Source: Octopus bimaculoides (lineage: Eukaryota). Taken from it: a stretch of DNA of 47,828 nucleotides. Position 1 is the first letter of the stretch, and each line of letters starts with the position of its first letter. The stretch spans positions 37,236,010 through 37,283,837 of the forward strand of contig NC_068983.1 of the NCBI RefSeq assembly GCF_001194135.2. Direction: 5' to 3'. Of the stretch, positions 36,047 through 47,693 are shown piece by piece. A program made the translations under genes and the position numbers. The notes beneath the pieces were generated by a model that searched no databases, was not told where the DNA came from, and saw nothing but the letters and a program-made list of their open reading frames with translations.

Positions 36047-36504
36047 AACAAGGAAATGGACAGAAGCAGGTGTGCTGCTGTATATATATATATTAATAAT
36101 AACAAGAAGTATGAAGACTTGGATATCGACTATTTTTTTATTTTATATTTATATACAGCATATTACAATGACCTACACATTTCCACTGCAGTGACGGCAC
36201 ATTGTTGCAGATGCAAGCTTGCAATATTGTCAGTGCAGTTTCACCAGGGTTTGTCTATTTGGTCTTTTTCGAAGTGAACTGGTCGAAAAAAGCTTTTGTC
36301 AATTAGTATTCTGCAGAAGGTAGAGGTGTTGCTATTTATAGTGACAAGAACCTGACCTAGAACTCACCAAGCTGAAACACAGAGGTTTCAGCTTGGTCTT
36401 AAAATAGGTCAAGGTTAGGATCTTGTTTTTGTAATGCTTTTAATATGTTTTAATAGTTATGTGTGCTACCTTTGGTTCTGAGTGTGATGTTTGCATTCTT
36501 TTAT

Positions 36505-36880
36505 TCTTTTATTTGTTTCCAGTCATTTGACTGCAGCCATGCTGGAGCATCACCTTTTAGTTGAAGATATCAACCCCAGGACTTATTCTTTGTAAGCCTA
36601 GAAGTTATTCTATTGGTCACTTATGCCGAGCTGCTAAGTTACAGGGATGTAAACACACCAGCATCGGTTGTCAAGCGATGGTGGGAGAACAAACACAGAC
36701 ACACAAACACACACACACACATACGATGGGCTTCTTTCAGTTCCATCTACCAAATCCACTCACAAAGCTTCAGTCAGCCTGAGACTATTGTAGAAGACAC
36801 TTGCACATGGTGCTACACAGTGGGACTCAACCCAGAACCATGTGGTTGGTAAGCAAGCTACATACCACACAGCCACTCCT
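36505..36880 (-). mobile_element. SINE family B, full length
   Basis: gtttccagtcatttgactgcagccatgctggagca...ccaaatccactcacaaagc...cataccacacagccactcct. Confidence 0.9.
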
Positions 36881-38084
36881 AGAAGTATTTTTGTTTGTTT
36901 AAATTCATTTTTTGGTGTTTGGTTACTACTTTACTTTATTAGTATTGTATATTGCATAATGTATTCATTTAAATTGTCTAAAATTTCATTTGTGTGTGTG
37001 TAGACATCTCAGTGCATGTTCTTGTCTGTATTTATTAATGTGTATTTTGTAATAAATATTTGGTAAAGCTCCTAGAGTAGGGCACATGGAATTACCTAAC
37101 AGGAGAATTTACCAGTGACTAACAATTTATTGGCTACTGACTGTTGTGGTTAGCCAGCATCTGGAACCAAACAGAGAGCTGCCTGGATAATATATCCTTA
37201 CAAACTTACTTTTATATATATATATATATATATATACAAGCAGTGGCAGACCGGGTCTAAAAATATTGGTTGCTAGGAGATTAAAGGGGAGATTTTTTGT
37301 TGTTAAAAGTATTCTTTTAACAAAAGAATACATGGACCCCCATATATGGATTCTAATGGCACTGTATACATGCATGTAAGCAAGCAAGTAATCACAGAGT
37401 TTTATTAGTATATAGATATATATTCAAATCAAAAGTTGAACATTAAGAGTTGGAATTTAAAATAACAATAACAAAACAAGAAGACATACACAGGGAATNN
37501 NNNNNNNNNNNNNNNNNNNNNNNNNNNNNNNNNNNNNNNNNNNNNNNNNNNNNNNNNNNNNNNNNNNNNNNNNNNNNNNNNNNNNNNNNNNNNNNNNNNN
37601 NNNNNNNNNNNNNNNNNNNNNNNNNNNNNNNNNNNNNNNNNNNNNNNNNNNNNNNNNNNNNNNNNNNNNNNNNNNNNNNNNNNNNNNNNNNNNNNNNNNN
37701 NNNNNNNNNNNNNNNNNNNNNNNNNNNNNNNNNNNNNNNNNNNNNNNNNNNNNNNNNNNNNNNNNNNNNNNNNNNNNNNNNNNNNNNNNNNNNNNNNNNN
37801 NNNNNNNNNNNNNNNNNNNNNNNNNNNNNNNNNNNNNNNNNNNNNNNNNNNNNNNNNNNNNNNNNNNNNNNNNNNNNNNNNNNNNNNNNNNNNNNNNNNN
37901 NNNNNNNNNNNNNNNNNNNNNNNNNNNNNNNNNNNNNNNNNNNNNNNNNNNNNNNNNNNNNNNNNNNNNNNNNNNNNNNNNNNNNNNNNNNNNNNNNNNN
38001 NNNNNNNNNNNNNNNNNNNNNNNNNNNNNNNNNNNNNNNNNNNNNNNNNNNNNNNNNNNNNNNNNNNNTATATATACATATATA

Positions 38085-38247
38085 CGATGGGATTCTTTCA
38101 GTTTCCATCTACCAAATCCACTCACAAGGCTTGGTTGGCTCGAGGCTATAGTAGAAGACACTTGCCCAAGGTGCCATGTAGTGGGACTGAACCCAGAACC
38201 ATGAGCTTCATATGCAAGCTACTTACCACACAGCCACTCCTATGCCT
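38085..38247 (-). mobile_element. SINE family B 5' half
   Basis: gaagacacttgcccaaggtgcca...gggactgaacccagaacc. Confidence 0.9.
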
Positions 38248-38599
38248 ATAATATAAAATATATATATGCATATATACATATGTATATGTACATACTTATA
38301 TCTATACGTATATATATATATGCATTTCGCCTGGTGTGCTAATGTTTCTGCCAGCTCACTGCCTTATATTTCAATGTAAATATAGAAGCAAGAAGGTTAA
38401 ACGACTTCATCACACCTATAAGAAGTACAGGTAGAGTGTATATGAGAGGGTACATATAGGTCTATTGAGGTTTCCTAAGTATAATAAACCATCATTCACT
38501 CGCCCCATTTATCCAATTCTTGATATACATTACTCTCTCACCCTTGTCCTCTCAAGTACTGGCACCACAGAAAAATGTACCCAGTACACTCTGTTAAGT

Positions 38600-39215
38600 G
38601 TCCTGGAACTCCATTGGTTGCAACGAGTGTTCCAGTTGATCCAATCAACGGAACAGCCTGCTCATGAAATTAACATGCAAGAGGCTGAGCTCTCCTCAGA
38701 CATGCACATCCTTATTGTAGTTCTCAGGGAGATTCAGTGTGACATAGAATGTGATGAGGCTGGCTCTTCGAAATATAGGTACTACTCATTTTCGCCAGGT
38801 GAGTGAACTGGAGCAGTGGTTTTCAAACTGTGGTCCACAAGGACAAGACAGGGGGTCCGCAAGGACAAGACAGGGAGTCCGTGAACAGCAAATACTTTTT
38901 ATGGGCAATTTGATTTTATATATGGTTTTTAATCGAAATCTTTTAATTGACAATAAACCTATTTGTTAAATACTGTTAAATAAACAAATGTAAAAATATA
39001 TGTTATTTTAAGCAAATATTTATGTATAAATTTCATAAGGTAAAGCCTGACATATAAAGGGGTCCGCAAGTCAAAAAGTTTGAAAACCCCTGAACTGGAG
39101 CAATGTGAAATAAAGTGTCTTGCTCAAGAGGACACAATACACCACCAGGTTTGGAACTCACAACCTTACAATCGTAAACCAAATACCCTAACCATTAAGC
39201 TACATGCCTTCACTC
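38600..39215 (-). mobile_element. SINE family C-related copy interrupted by a hAT MITE
   Basis: 38600-38805 is the reverse complement of the 4800-4980 body. 39101-39215 carries the tRNA-like head. Confidence 0.8.
38814..39092. mobile_element. hAT-superfamily MITE (279 bp)
   Basis: TIRs CAGTGGTTTTCAAAC / GTTTGAAAACCCCTG (14 of 15 match). Exact 8-bp TSD AACTGGAG at 38806-38813 and 39093-39100. Internal 22-bp tandem duplication. Confidence 0.93.
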
Positions 39216-39294
39216 TGTTAAATGTAGGGTTGTGAAGACATTAGTCTTTTCAAAAACATATAACAACCTCTCTAGAGCTGATGCTGTGGAATAA

Positions 39295-39455
39295 TGCAAC
39301 CAATCTGTAAAGTTGTTGGTGTTAGGAAGGACATCTAGCCATAGGAACTTATCTAGAAATGAAACTTAGAGCAAAATGTGGTCTTCCCAATCCAGAGACA
39401 TAAATGACCCATCCTCCAACCCATCGAAAGCAGATATAAAATGACAACAATGGTA
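39295..39455 (+). mobile_element. Old RTE tail copy
   Basis: ttggtgttaggaaggacatctagccatagg...tccaacccat. Confidence 0.65.
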
Positions 39456-39480
39456 TATATTTATATGTATTCATGTATGC

Positions 39481-39706
39481 ATCATCATCATCATCATCGT
39501 CGTTTAACGTCCGCTTTCCATGTTAGCATGGGTTGGACGATTTGACTGAGGACTGGTGGACCAGGAGGTGACACCAGGCTCCAATCTGATTTGGCAGAGT
39601 TTCTACAGCTAGATGCCCTTCCTAACGCCAACCACTCCGGGAGTGTAGTGGGTGCTTTTACGTGCCACCGGCACAAGGGCCGGTTAGGCGGGTACTGGCA
39701 ACGGCA
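39481..39706 (-). mobile_element. Young RTE tail copy
   Basis: (cat)n cgtttaacgtccgctttccatg...gatgcccttcctaacgccaaccactccgggagtgtagtgggtgctttta. Confidence 0.88.
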
Positions 39707-39866
39707 TGTATTTATGTATGCGTGTATTTATGTATGCATGTATGTATGTGTGTAAGTAAATATTGTGTGTGTGTGTATGTGTGTGTGTATGTGTGTATGT
39801 GTGTGTGTGTGTGCATATGTGCATGTATATGCAACATACACAGTTAAGAAATGTAAATGGTCTTAC

Positions 39867-39882
39867 ATCTGTCTGTCTGTCT

Positions 39883-39926
<44 letters not shown>

Positions 39927-40536
39927 TATGGGTAGAATCACAGACAGATAAATAGAAAGAGAGGTGGGGAGGCATGTAGTTATGTAGATAAGTAGGGAGA
40001 TAGGTAGGGAGGTAGGTAAAGGACACGTAGGTAAATAGGTAAATAGGTAGGTAGTTAGGTAGAGAGGTAGGTATAGGGAGACGGGTAGACCTGTAGGTAG
40101 GTTAGTAAGTATGTAGACTATTATGCAGGAAGGTAGGTGGGTGTAGGAAGATAGGCAGGTAGAAAGGCATGCAAATAGGTAATTAGATACATAAATAGGT
40201 AGATAGGTGGGTAGGAGGTAGATTTATAAGTAGGCATGTATGCAGATAGATAGATAGATAGATAGGTAGGTAGTTAGGTAGGTAGGTAGATAGATAGATA
40301 TGTGTAATTGGTACATACTTTTCAATGTATGAATATACATAGATACATTCATACATTGAAAAGTATGTGTACTTGTATGTATGTATGTATGTATGCATGT
40401 ATGTATGTAGGTAGGTAGGTAGGTAGGTAGTGGGTAAGTATATAGACAGCCAGCCAGACCGACAGACAGACAGACGGANNNNNNNNNNGCCAGCCAGACC
40501 GACAGACAGACAGACGGACGGACGGACGGACGGACG

Positions 40537-40609
<73 letters not shown>

Positions 40610-40905
40610 ATGTGTAATTGGTACATAGATACATTTATACATTAAAAGGTGTGTACATGTATGTATGTATGTATGTTATCAATCAGTTTCATTTCTGTAT
40701 TTCTTGTCCATAGAGAAAGAGCCGGACTCTAACATAGATTCAAGGCTCCTTCATTGGAACTTTTATCAACATCATCTAGGTATTTGTGCATATGTGAGGT
40801 ATGTATGTATGTATATATGTATGTATGTATCTAGGTAGGTAGGTAGGTAGGTAGGTAGGTAGGTAGGTAGGTAATGGATAAATAGACAGTCAGACAGATA
40901 GATAA

Positions 40906-40967
<62 letters not shown>

Positions 40968-40968
40968 G
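39867..40968. repeat. Mosaic of (TAGA)n, (TAGG)n, (CAGA)n, (CGGA)n and (TATG)n tetranucleotide repeats
   Basis: Directly visible. Confidence 0.9.
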
Positions 40969-41094
40969 TTTAGGTAACTTGCGCAGGAAAGGTTTCACTA
41001 TTTAGTGTCACTAAATTCTAGATTCTTAGACCTGAGCATGTCACTATTTCAGTTAATATATTTTGCACTTCTGTCACTCTCTGCCTTCAGACGA

Positions 41095-41300
41095 CAACTA
41101 CTGCTGCTATTGCAGTTGCTGCTGCAGCTGCTGCAATTTCTGCTACTCCCACTATTACTCCTACTACTCCCACCACCACCGCCGCAACCACCATCGCCGC
41201 CGCTGCTGCCACTTAAGTATAGCTTTCACCACAAAATCTACCATTACTAGTACTACTACTACTACTACTAAAGCAGCCGTCACCACCATCACCGCCTCCA
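41095..41300. repeat. Trinucleotide mosaic (CTG/CTA/CCA/CCG)
   Basis: Directly visible. Confidence 0.8.
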
Positions 41301-41549
41301 CTTTCCCATTACCCTCGCCAGACATCAGCATGAATAACATCCGCATCATTCATAACCGTAAACCGAACAAAACGCTCCCCGATGTCACCGACTACCAATA
41401 CAATTTATGAGTGAAGTGTGGATGGAGTGCAGAGTGTGGAGTGTGTCTTGTGGCAGCGAGTAGAGTGACACTTAACTCATCTCCTACAGTTTTGAATGGT
41501 CTGTCACGTTTATTGCACCAGAGTACAGCAGCACTGCTAAATATCAACT

Positions 41550-41655
41550 ACAGCAGGGGGAACCCCAACGTGGTGGTTCGATCTGCAAGAAAGAGCAACC
41601 AAATGATCTCAGATCGGCCTCGACTGTTTTAAAGAAATGGAAGGATACCGATAGC
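41550..41655 (+). mobile_element. Family D 5' fragment
   Basis: gggggaaccccaacgtggtggttcgatctgcaagaaagagcaaccaaatg, similar to 13078-13130. Confidence 0.5.
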
Positions 41656-41804
41656 GCAAACACTACTACTACTAGATATGTGGTACAAGACATGTGGAGA
41701 GTACTGTTTCTCTCTCTCTCTCCGTCTGTCGGTTGTTGGTTTAGCTTCTCTCTATTTGTTTTCCTGTCTCTCTCTTTCTGCCTACCTGTCTGTCTGTCTG
41801 TCTG

Positions 41805-41806
<2 letters not shown>

Positions 41807-41882
<76 letters not shown>

Positions 41883-42490
41883 GTTTCTTGTTTGCCTATC
41901 TGTCTGTTTGCCTGTCTATCTGTCTCTGTCTCTCTTTCGTTCATGCTCTCTCCCTCTCCCTCTTTCTCTCTGTCAGGTTTCTTTCTTTCTGTCTATCTGC
42001 CTCTCTCTTTCTCTCTATTTGTCTGCCTCTCGGTCTTTCTTTCTCTTTCACTCTGTCAGGTTTTCTTTCTTTCTGTTTGTCTCTCTATATTTTTCTCTTT
42101 CTCTCTCTCTGTCTGCCTCTCTCTCTTTCTTTCTGTTTCTCCCACTTTCACTCCGTCAGGTTTTCTTTCTTTTTGTTTGTCTCTATATTTTTCTCTTTCT
42201 CTCTCTCTCGCTGTCAGGTTTCTTTCTCTCTCTCTCTCTCTTTCTTTCTCTTTCTCTCGCTTTCACTCCGTCAGGTTTTCTTTCTTTCTGTTTGTCTCTA
42301 TATTTTTCTCTTTCTCTCTCTCGCTGTCAGGTTTCTTTCTCTCTATCTGTCTGCCTCTCTCTCTTTCTTTCTGTTTCTCCCACTTTCACTCCGTCAGGTT
42401 TTCTTTCTTTCTGTTTGTCTCTCTATTTTTCTCTCTCTGTTAGGTTTCTTTCTGTCTGTTGGTCTGTCTGCCTCTCTCTATTTCTTCTCT
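41807..42490. repeat. (TC)n tract followed by a CT-rich higher-order repeat of about 100-125 bp
   Basis: ttcactc(c/t)gtcagg recurs at about 42047, 42148, 42262 and 42386. Confidence 0.85.
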
Positions 42491-42619
42491 CCTTCTCTAT
42501 CATCTATAAAATCTGTCATCTCTCTGCTGTACTCCTAATATTGTACACTACTCTTCTCATTCCCACTCACATTCTTCTACTCCCACTATCCTCTCCCTTT
42601 TATATCCATTCACGTACCC

Positions 42620-42728
42620 TGTTCATCATCATCATCATCATCGTCGTCGTCGTCTTCATCAGTGTCATTATTGTCACCATTATCATCATGAGCGTCGTCC
42701 TTGCCAGCTTATCGACGTCGTCGTCATC

Positions 42729-42779
<51 letters not shown>

Positions 42780-43044
42780 CTATTGTCAGCCTCATTACCG
42801 TTGTCATCATTGTCATCATCGTTGTCGTCGTTGTCGTCGTCATCATCATCATCATCATAATCGTTGAGTATGTTTGCAGCTGTGGAAATAGAGGTGATAA
42901 GAATGATATTCGATATTGATTATGGTAGCGGCAGCGGCGGCAGTGTTGGTGCTGGTGGTGTTGATTTCAATGACTGGTGTTGATGGTCATGTTTCCAGTT
43001 GTGGTGCCATTGGTGCAGGTGTTGATGGTGGCAATTTATTATTA

Positions 43045-43080
<36 letters not shown>

Positions 43081-43220
43081 GTAGTAGTAGTAGTAGTAGT
43101 AGTAATGGGGTGGGTGGGGGTGGAGGTGGCAGCAGCAGCAGCAACAACAACTAGTAGTAGTTGTTCTAGAAGCAACAGCAGCAGCAGTAGTAGTAGTAGC
43201 AGCAGCAGCAGCAGCAATGT
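42620..43220. repeat. Chain of trinucleotide repeats (CAT, CGT, TTA, TAG, CAG)
   Basis: Directly visible. Confidence 0.9.
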
Positions 43221-43689
43221 TGGTGACAGTGTTGAAGATAAAATGGAAAATTCCAATATATTCGTCCAAGCTATGGAATGATTTACCTGAGAAAAAATAC
43301 CTTTCTTCCCCCCCCCCTCTGTTGACAGTTTTGTTCTCCATTTCAGGGAAAGAAGAACAAATATAGTTTTTACCTTTATAATTTATGTCAGGTGTAATGC
43401 ATTAATCGTTTACCATTTATCATATATCATTCACCCATTAGAGTCTGTGTGTGAATCAAGACATTGTTGGAGAAAAGTGTGCAATAGAATCAAAGTAGCG
43501 CATTTGATCTTGTGGATACTGAGATTAAAAGAGGAATGGCAATGTTACTACAAGAGGAGACCACACAGGGGTGGGAAAAAAGAGAATGGACTATGCAAAG
43601 AGTGAAGTCTAATGTTTTCAATAGAATTGTTGGGATTAATGGTGATTCTTGCCTCCCACAACATAAAAACATTTCTCATAGAAGCAGCA

Positions 43690-44260
43690 GACAAAAATGA
43701 AAAAGGCGTTGCCCTGGAGGATAATGAGGGAGATGTGCTGAAACAGCCACTCTGACACATAGGGACAGCAATCTCAGCCCTGATAACGATGGGCAGGTAT
43801 GTGGTCCGTGGGTGGGGTGGGTGCAAAGAATGCTGGAGGTCTCAACTGTCACAGGCTCAACCATAAACCATAAACCTGTCAGAGAGCGACAGATACTTTG
43901 AGAATTTGTTTTTCTCAGCCTGATGAGCAGCAGAGCCTGGGTTGGTAGCTGACAACATTAAGTTGCCACTGGAGACGGTGCTACGGCATGTGGCATCCCA
44001 GATGAGGGACTTACACCCACAGAACAAGAAAATCGTCATACGGTCTGGTTTTCTACCATCTCCTCAGTCTAGCCCCACTGGTTTGAGCTGGGAAGGGAAG
44101 CCTGTAGCATTTAGACCAGGCTTTGTGATCTTAAGGGTGACTTGGCATGGAATGTGGCCAACACTGTGACAGCAGGACAGTGGGTGAAGACCGAAAGAAT
44201 CCACAGTGGATCTGCTGTGGCATTCATGCAAAGCAGACCCAACAGAGGGACCAGTTATTG
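43690..44260 (-). mobile_element. CRE-like non-LTR retrotransposon 3' fragment (CCHC knuckle plus restriction-like endonuclease), pseudogenised
   Basis: DSFGLHPLSC...KPVGLD*GDGRKPDRMT......KSLIWDAT.........GSAAHQAEKNKFSKY......[frameshift from a 7-bp ccataaa duplication]EPVTVET...WLFQHISLIILQGNA. Confidence 0.85.
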
Positions 44261-44399
44261 AAGTTGCCATGTGATTGGTCAAACGCATACTTAAACCTAT
44301 AAAGACATGGAAAGTTGCAAAAGCATTAATCCCTTTGATACCAACCTACTTGAGACTGCCCAAGTTCTGTAAAATAAAAGTGGCCATTTGTTTTTTTAT

Positions 44400-44960
44400 G
44401 TGTTTAATATTTAAGTTTAAGCTTAGCATACCATGCAAAATGTTTAGCAGCATTTTGTTCATCTTTATGTTCTGAGTTCAAATTCTGTCAACAGTTGACT
44501 TTGCCTTTCAACCTTTTGCAGTGTGGCACCTTGTGCAAGTGTCTTCTTCAATAGTCTCAGGCCAACCAAAGCCTTGTGAATGGATTTGGTAGATGGAAAC
44601 TGAAAGAAGCCCATCGTATGTGTGTGTGTTCGTGTGTCTGTGTTTGTCTTCCCACCTGTTGAGCACTGGGTTGAATTGATTTACCTCACTTCTCCTGAAA
44701 TTGCTGGCCTTGAGCCAAAATTTGAAATCAATATTTAAGTTTAAGTTAGGGCAGCAAGCCAGCAGAATCATTAGCATATTGGGCGGAATGCTTAGCAGTA
44801 TTTTCTCTGTCTTAACATTCTGAGTTCATATTCTGCTAATAGTTGACTTTGTCTTTCATTTTCTTGGGGTCATTAAAATAAGTACCAGTTGACCACTGAG
44901 GTTGATGTAATTGATTTACCCCCCCAAATCACTGACCTCGTGCCAAAACTTGAGACTAAT
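44400..44960 (+). mobile_element. Composite SINE cluster: A head, headless B body, A tail, then a second A copy
   Basis: ttctgagttcaaattctg runs into gtggcaccttgtgcaagtgtcttc, then gagcactgggttgaattg, then gcaagccagcagaatcattagc. Confidence 0.75.
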
Positions 44961-45264
44961 ATTTAAGTTTAAGCTTTCTGCCATAATTTTATAAAAGACA
45001 GTTTTCATTTCTGTATTTGATAGCACAAAAGCATAAAAGATGCATGGCTGTATGAGATGCACCATAATTTCAGCAGTACATATTCAGAAAAAAGAGCATC
45101 AGGGATCAAATTAGCTTCTGGTAGGCACAGCTTTGCATAACCTGGGGGTGAGTTTTGAAATATTTTTTGAAAGCAAACTGTACACCTTGTATGACATAAG
45201 AAAATGGTATGTTCCAAATACAAGCTTTAATAATGAAGAGGTTAGTTACTTTGCTAAATTCTTT

Positions 45265-45700
45265 ATGATTCAGCAAAGAACATTATAAAGATGACTATAG
45301 AAGGGTTAAAGATGGTATATGACATACTGAAAGTGTGCAGTGAAGTAAGACATGTGTTGGTCACTCACTTAGTCAATCATGTAGTACAGAAATGAATCAT
45401 TTCCAATGACTGGGAATGAGCCATTTTGACCACAAGGACTAAAAAGGATGGTCTAGAATTAAGCAACTGGAAAAGCATCAAAATTATGAAACATTTATGA
45501 AAGTAAAGGAAAGAGTTATGACACAACTGATAAGGAAAGTATCAGTTTAGATTAAATGCTGGTTAGGTTTGTACTAGGACGAGATACTAATGATGCCAAC
45601 TTTATAGTTGGACAACTATAGAAGTCCTTAGTTAAAAGCATGTCATAGTAAACTAGTATTTGTCAATGTAGAGAAGGTGCTTGATAGGATCTCTCTGCAC
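45265..45700 (+). mobile_element. Very old RTE RT fragment
   Basis: Aligns by eye with 34565-35000 (e.g. atgaaagtaaaggaaagagttatgacacaactgataagg versus atgaaagtcacggagagggtcatggcccaactaattagg); many stops and indels. Confidence 0.7.
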
Positions 45701-45974
45701 ATTGAACTACCAAGATATCAGACATATAATTTATGTCAAACATAATGCCACCACTGTCCAAGACACCTAGTCTTACACACACACAAGTGTAAGTGTGTCC
45801 ATGAGTGTAAAGCATATAACAGAGTTTAAACTCTATGTCCAATAATAAAATTTTCTGTTAATTGTTCAGAGATGTTGGCAATTACTTCTTCACATAGCCC
45901 CAGAAATACATTTTCATTTATCAACCTAACAACAGCAGCAATGTCCACAAGTGCAACAGCAGCAACTCACCCAC

Positions 45975-46400
45975 ATCATCATCATCATCATTTAACGTCT
46001 GTTTCCATGCTGCTGGCATGGGTTGAACAGTTTGACTAAAAACTGTTATGTGGGAAGGCTGTAGCAGGTTCCAATCTGATTTGGTATGGTTTCTATGGTT
46101 GAATGCCCTTCCTAATGCTAACCACTCCAAGAATATAGTGGGTGTTATTTACATGCCACCAGCACGGGTGCCATTGATGTGACATCAGCATCAGCCCCTA
46201 TTGTTTGACAGGTCTTCTCAAGCATGCTATATCATCAAGGGTCTCTGTCACTTGTCACTGCCTCCATGGAGCCCAATGCTCAAATGGTGCTTTTTACATG
46301 CCACCAGCATAGGTACCAGTCAGATGGTACTGGCATCGGTCATGACTATGATTTCACTCAGCTTGACAGGTCTTCCCAAGCACAAGGTATACTCTACCAC
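45975..46400 (-). mobile_element. RTE 3' UTR and tail
   Basis: (cat)n ttaacgtctgtttccatgc...gaatgcccttcctaatgctaaccactcc...ttctcaagcatgc. Confidence 0.85.
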
Positions 46401-47123
46401 ATAACATCTTTCTTCTCTCTCCCTCTTTTATCCTTCTTGAAACTATCATTTATCTCTATCTGGTGTCACTTCTTATATTAGATATTCTCACCATATCTTC
46501 AAACCAACACAGCTCTTTTATGCAAATCAAACAATCTCACAAATACAAAACCTGCTTTCTAAATCCAGCAAAATATTACCTCAGTTTACATATCCAACAG
46601 ATTACATTTACATTAATAATCTTTGATAATCTGACTTCGTTTTGCTTACAGTCTCTGCTATATATACAGAGAACATGACAATTTTGTTGCATGCAACACA
46701 CAAAACCAATCTTCTTTTGGAGAAAACTAGGGATGGTGTGCATTAGCAACAATAAATCAACTGGAGAAATTTACCTCACTCAAAAGGAGGTTCAATAAGT
46801 TTATTTATTGTAAGAAATATAGAAACTGATATATTTAGGCCTTCTCTTTTATCTGAAAGTGATGAAGAGCGAAAAAGTGGTATTTTGTTTAGGCTGTCAG
46901 CAAGTCTTTTCATTTCGTGAGAGAATCCATTTGTCCAAATCAGAGGTTATACTTCTTTCACTTAGCTGTTTCAATGTAGACAATAATGCTGCTGCTGCTG
47001 CTAGCTATGGTTTCACTATCAAATTTATAAGATAAATAATATAATACAACTTAGTTAGCTACGCCCACTAAGCCATATTTAGTTTTTTTGCCTTCTCAAC
47101 TACATATCAGTTGCTGTATCCTG

Positions 47124-47198
47124 AGAGAGAGAGGGAGAGAGAGAGAGAGAGGGAGAGAGAGAGAGGGAGAAAGAGAGAGAGATTGAGAGAGAGAGAGA
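47124..47198. repeat. (GA)n microsatellite
   Basis: Directly visible. Confidence 0.95.
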
Positions 47199-47277
47199 AG
47201 CATAATGTCACAGAAACACGTGTCCTATGGTCCAGTGATGCCATTCAAAACCCACAGATGTGTTTTTTTATACATTG

Positions 47278-47605
47278 TCTTGGCGTGGCTGAGTAGTAAG
47301 AAGTTTGCTTCCCAATCACATGATTTCAGGTTCAGTTCCACTGCATGGAACCTTAGGCAAATGTCTTCTATTATAGATCCAGGCTGACCAAAGCCTTGTG
47401 AGTGGATTTGGTAGATGGAAACTAAAAGAAGCCTGTTGTATATGCTTGACAACTGGTGTTGGTCTGTTTACATCCCCATAACTTAACAGTTAAGTAACAG
47501 ACTTAAAAAAAAAAAACAGCACTGAGGTTGATCTGTTCAACTAAACTCTTCAAGGTGGTGCCCCAGCATGGTCACAGCCCAATGACTGAAACAAGAAAAA
47601 AAATA
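47278..47605 (+). mobile_element. SINE family B
   Basis: ggcgtggctgagtagtaagaagtttgc...aaagccttgtgagtggatttggtagatgg...aatgactgaaacaag. Confidence 0.9.
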
Positions 47606-47693
47606 AAACATAGTAAAAAAGAAAGAAAATTTCCTTTCTGAGACAATTTCTTCAGCAAATGTCTTTCTGTTTGAGTGTACACAAATACAACAC

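Noticed and set aside
36191-36318. Exon-like plus-strand segment (DGTLLQMQACNIVSAV...)
   Set aside because: Weak polypyrimidine tract and donor; no recognisable homology.
40441-40520. Direct repeat on both sides of the 10-N gap
   Set aside because: Typical unmerged contig overlap at a microsatellite; likely an assembly artefact.
41678-42867. The longest ORFs (286 and 395 aa)
   Set aside because: They are translations of (TC)n and trinucleotide repeats, which lack stop codons by composition; no domain motifs.
45024-45147. Exon-like segment ending at GG/GTGAGT
   Set aside because: The best frame hits a stop just before the donor and the peptide is not recognised.
46859-46930. snoRNA C-box-like GTGATGA
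   Set aside because: No D box (CTGA) or terminal stem at a suitable distance.
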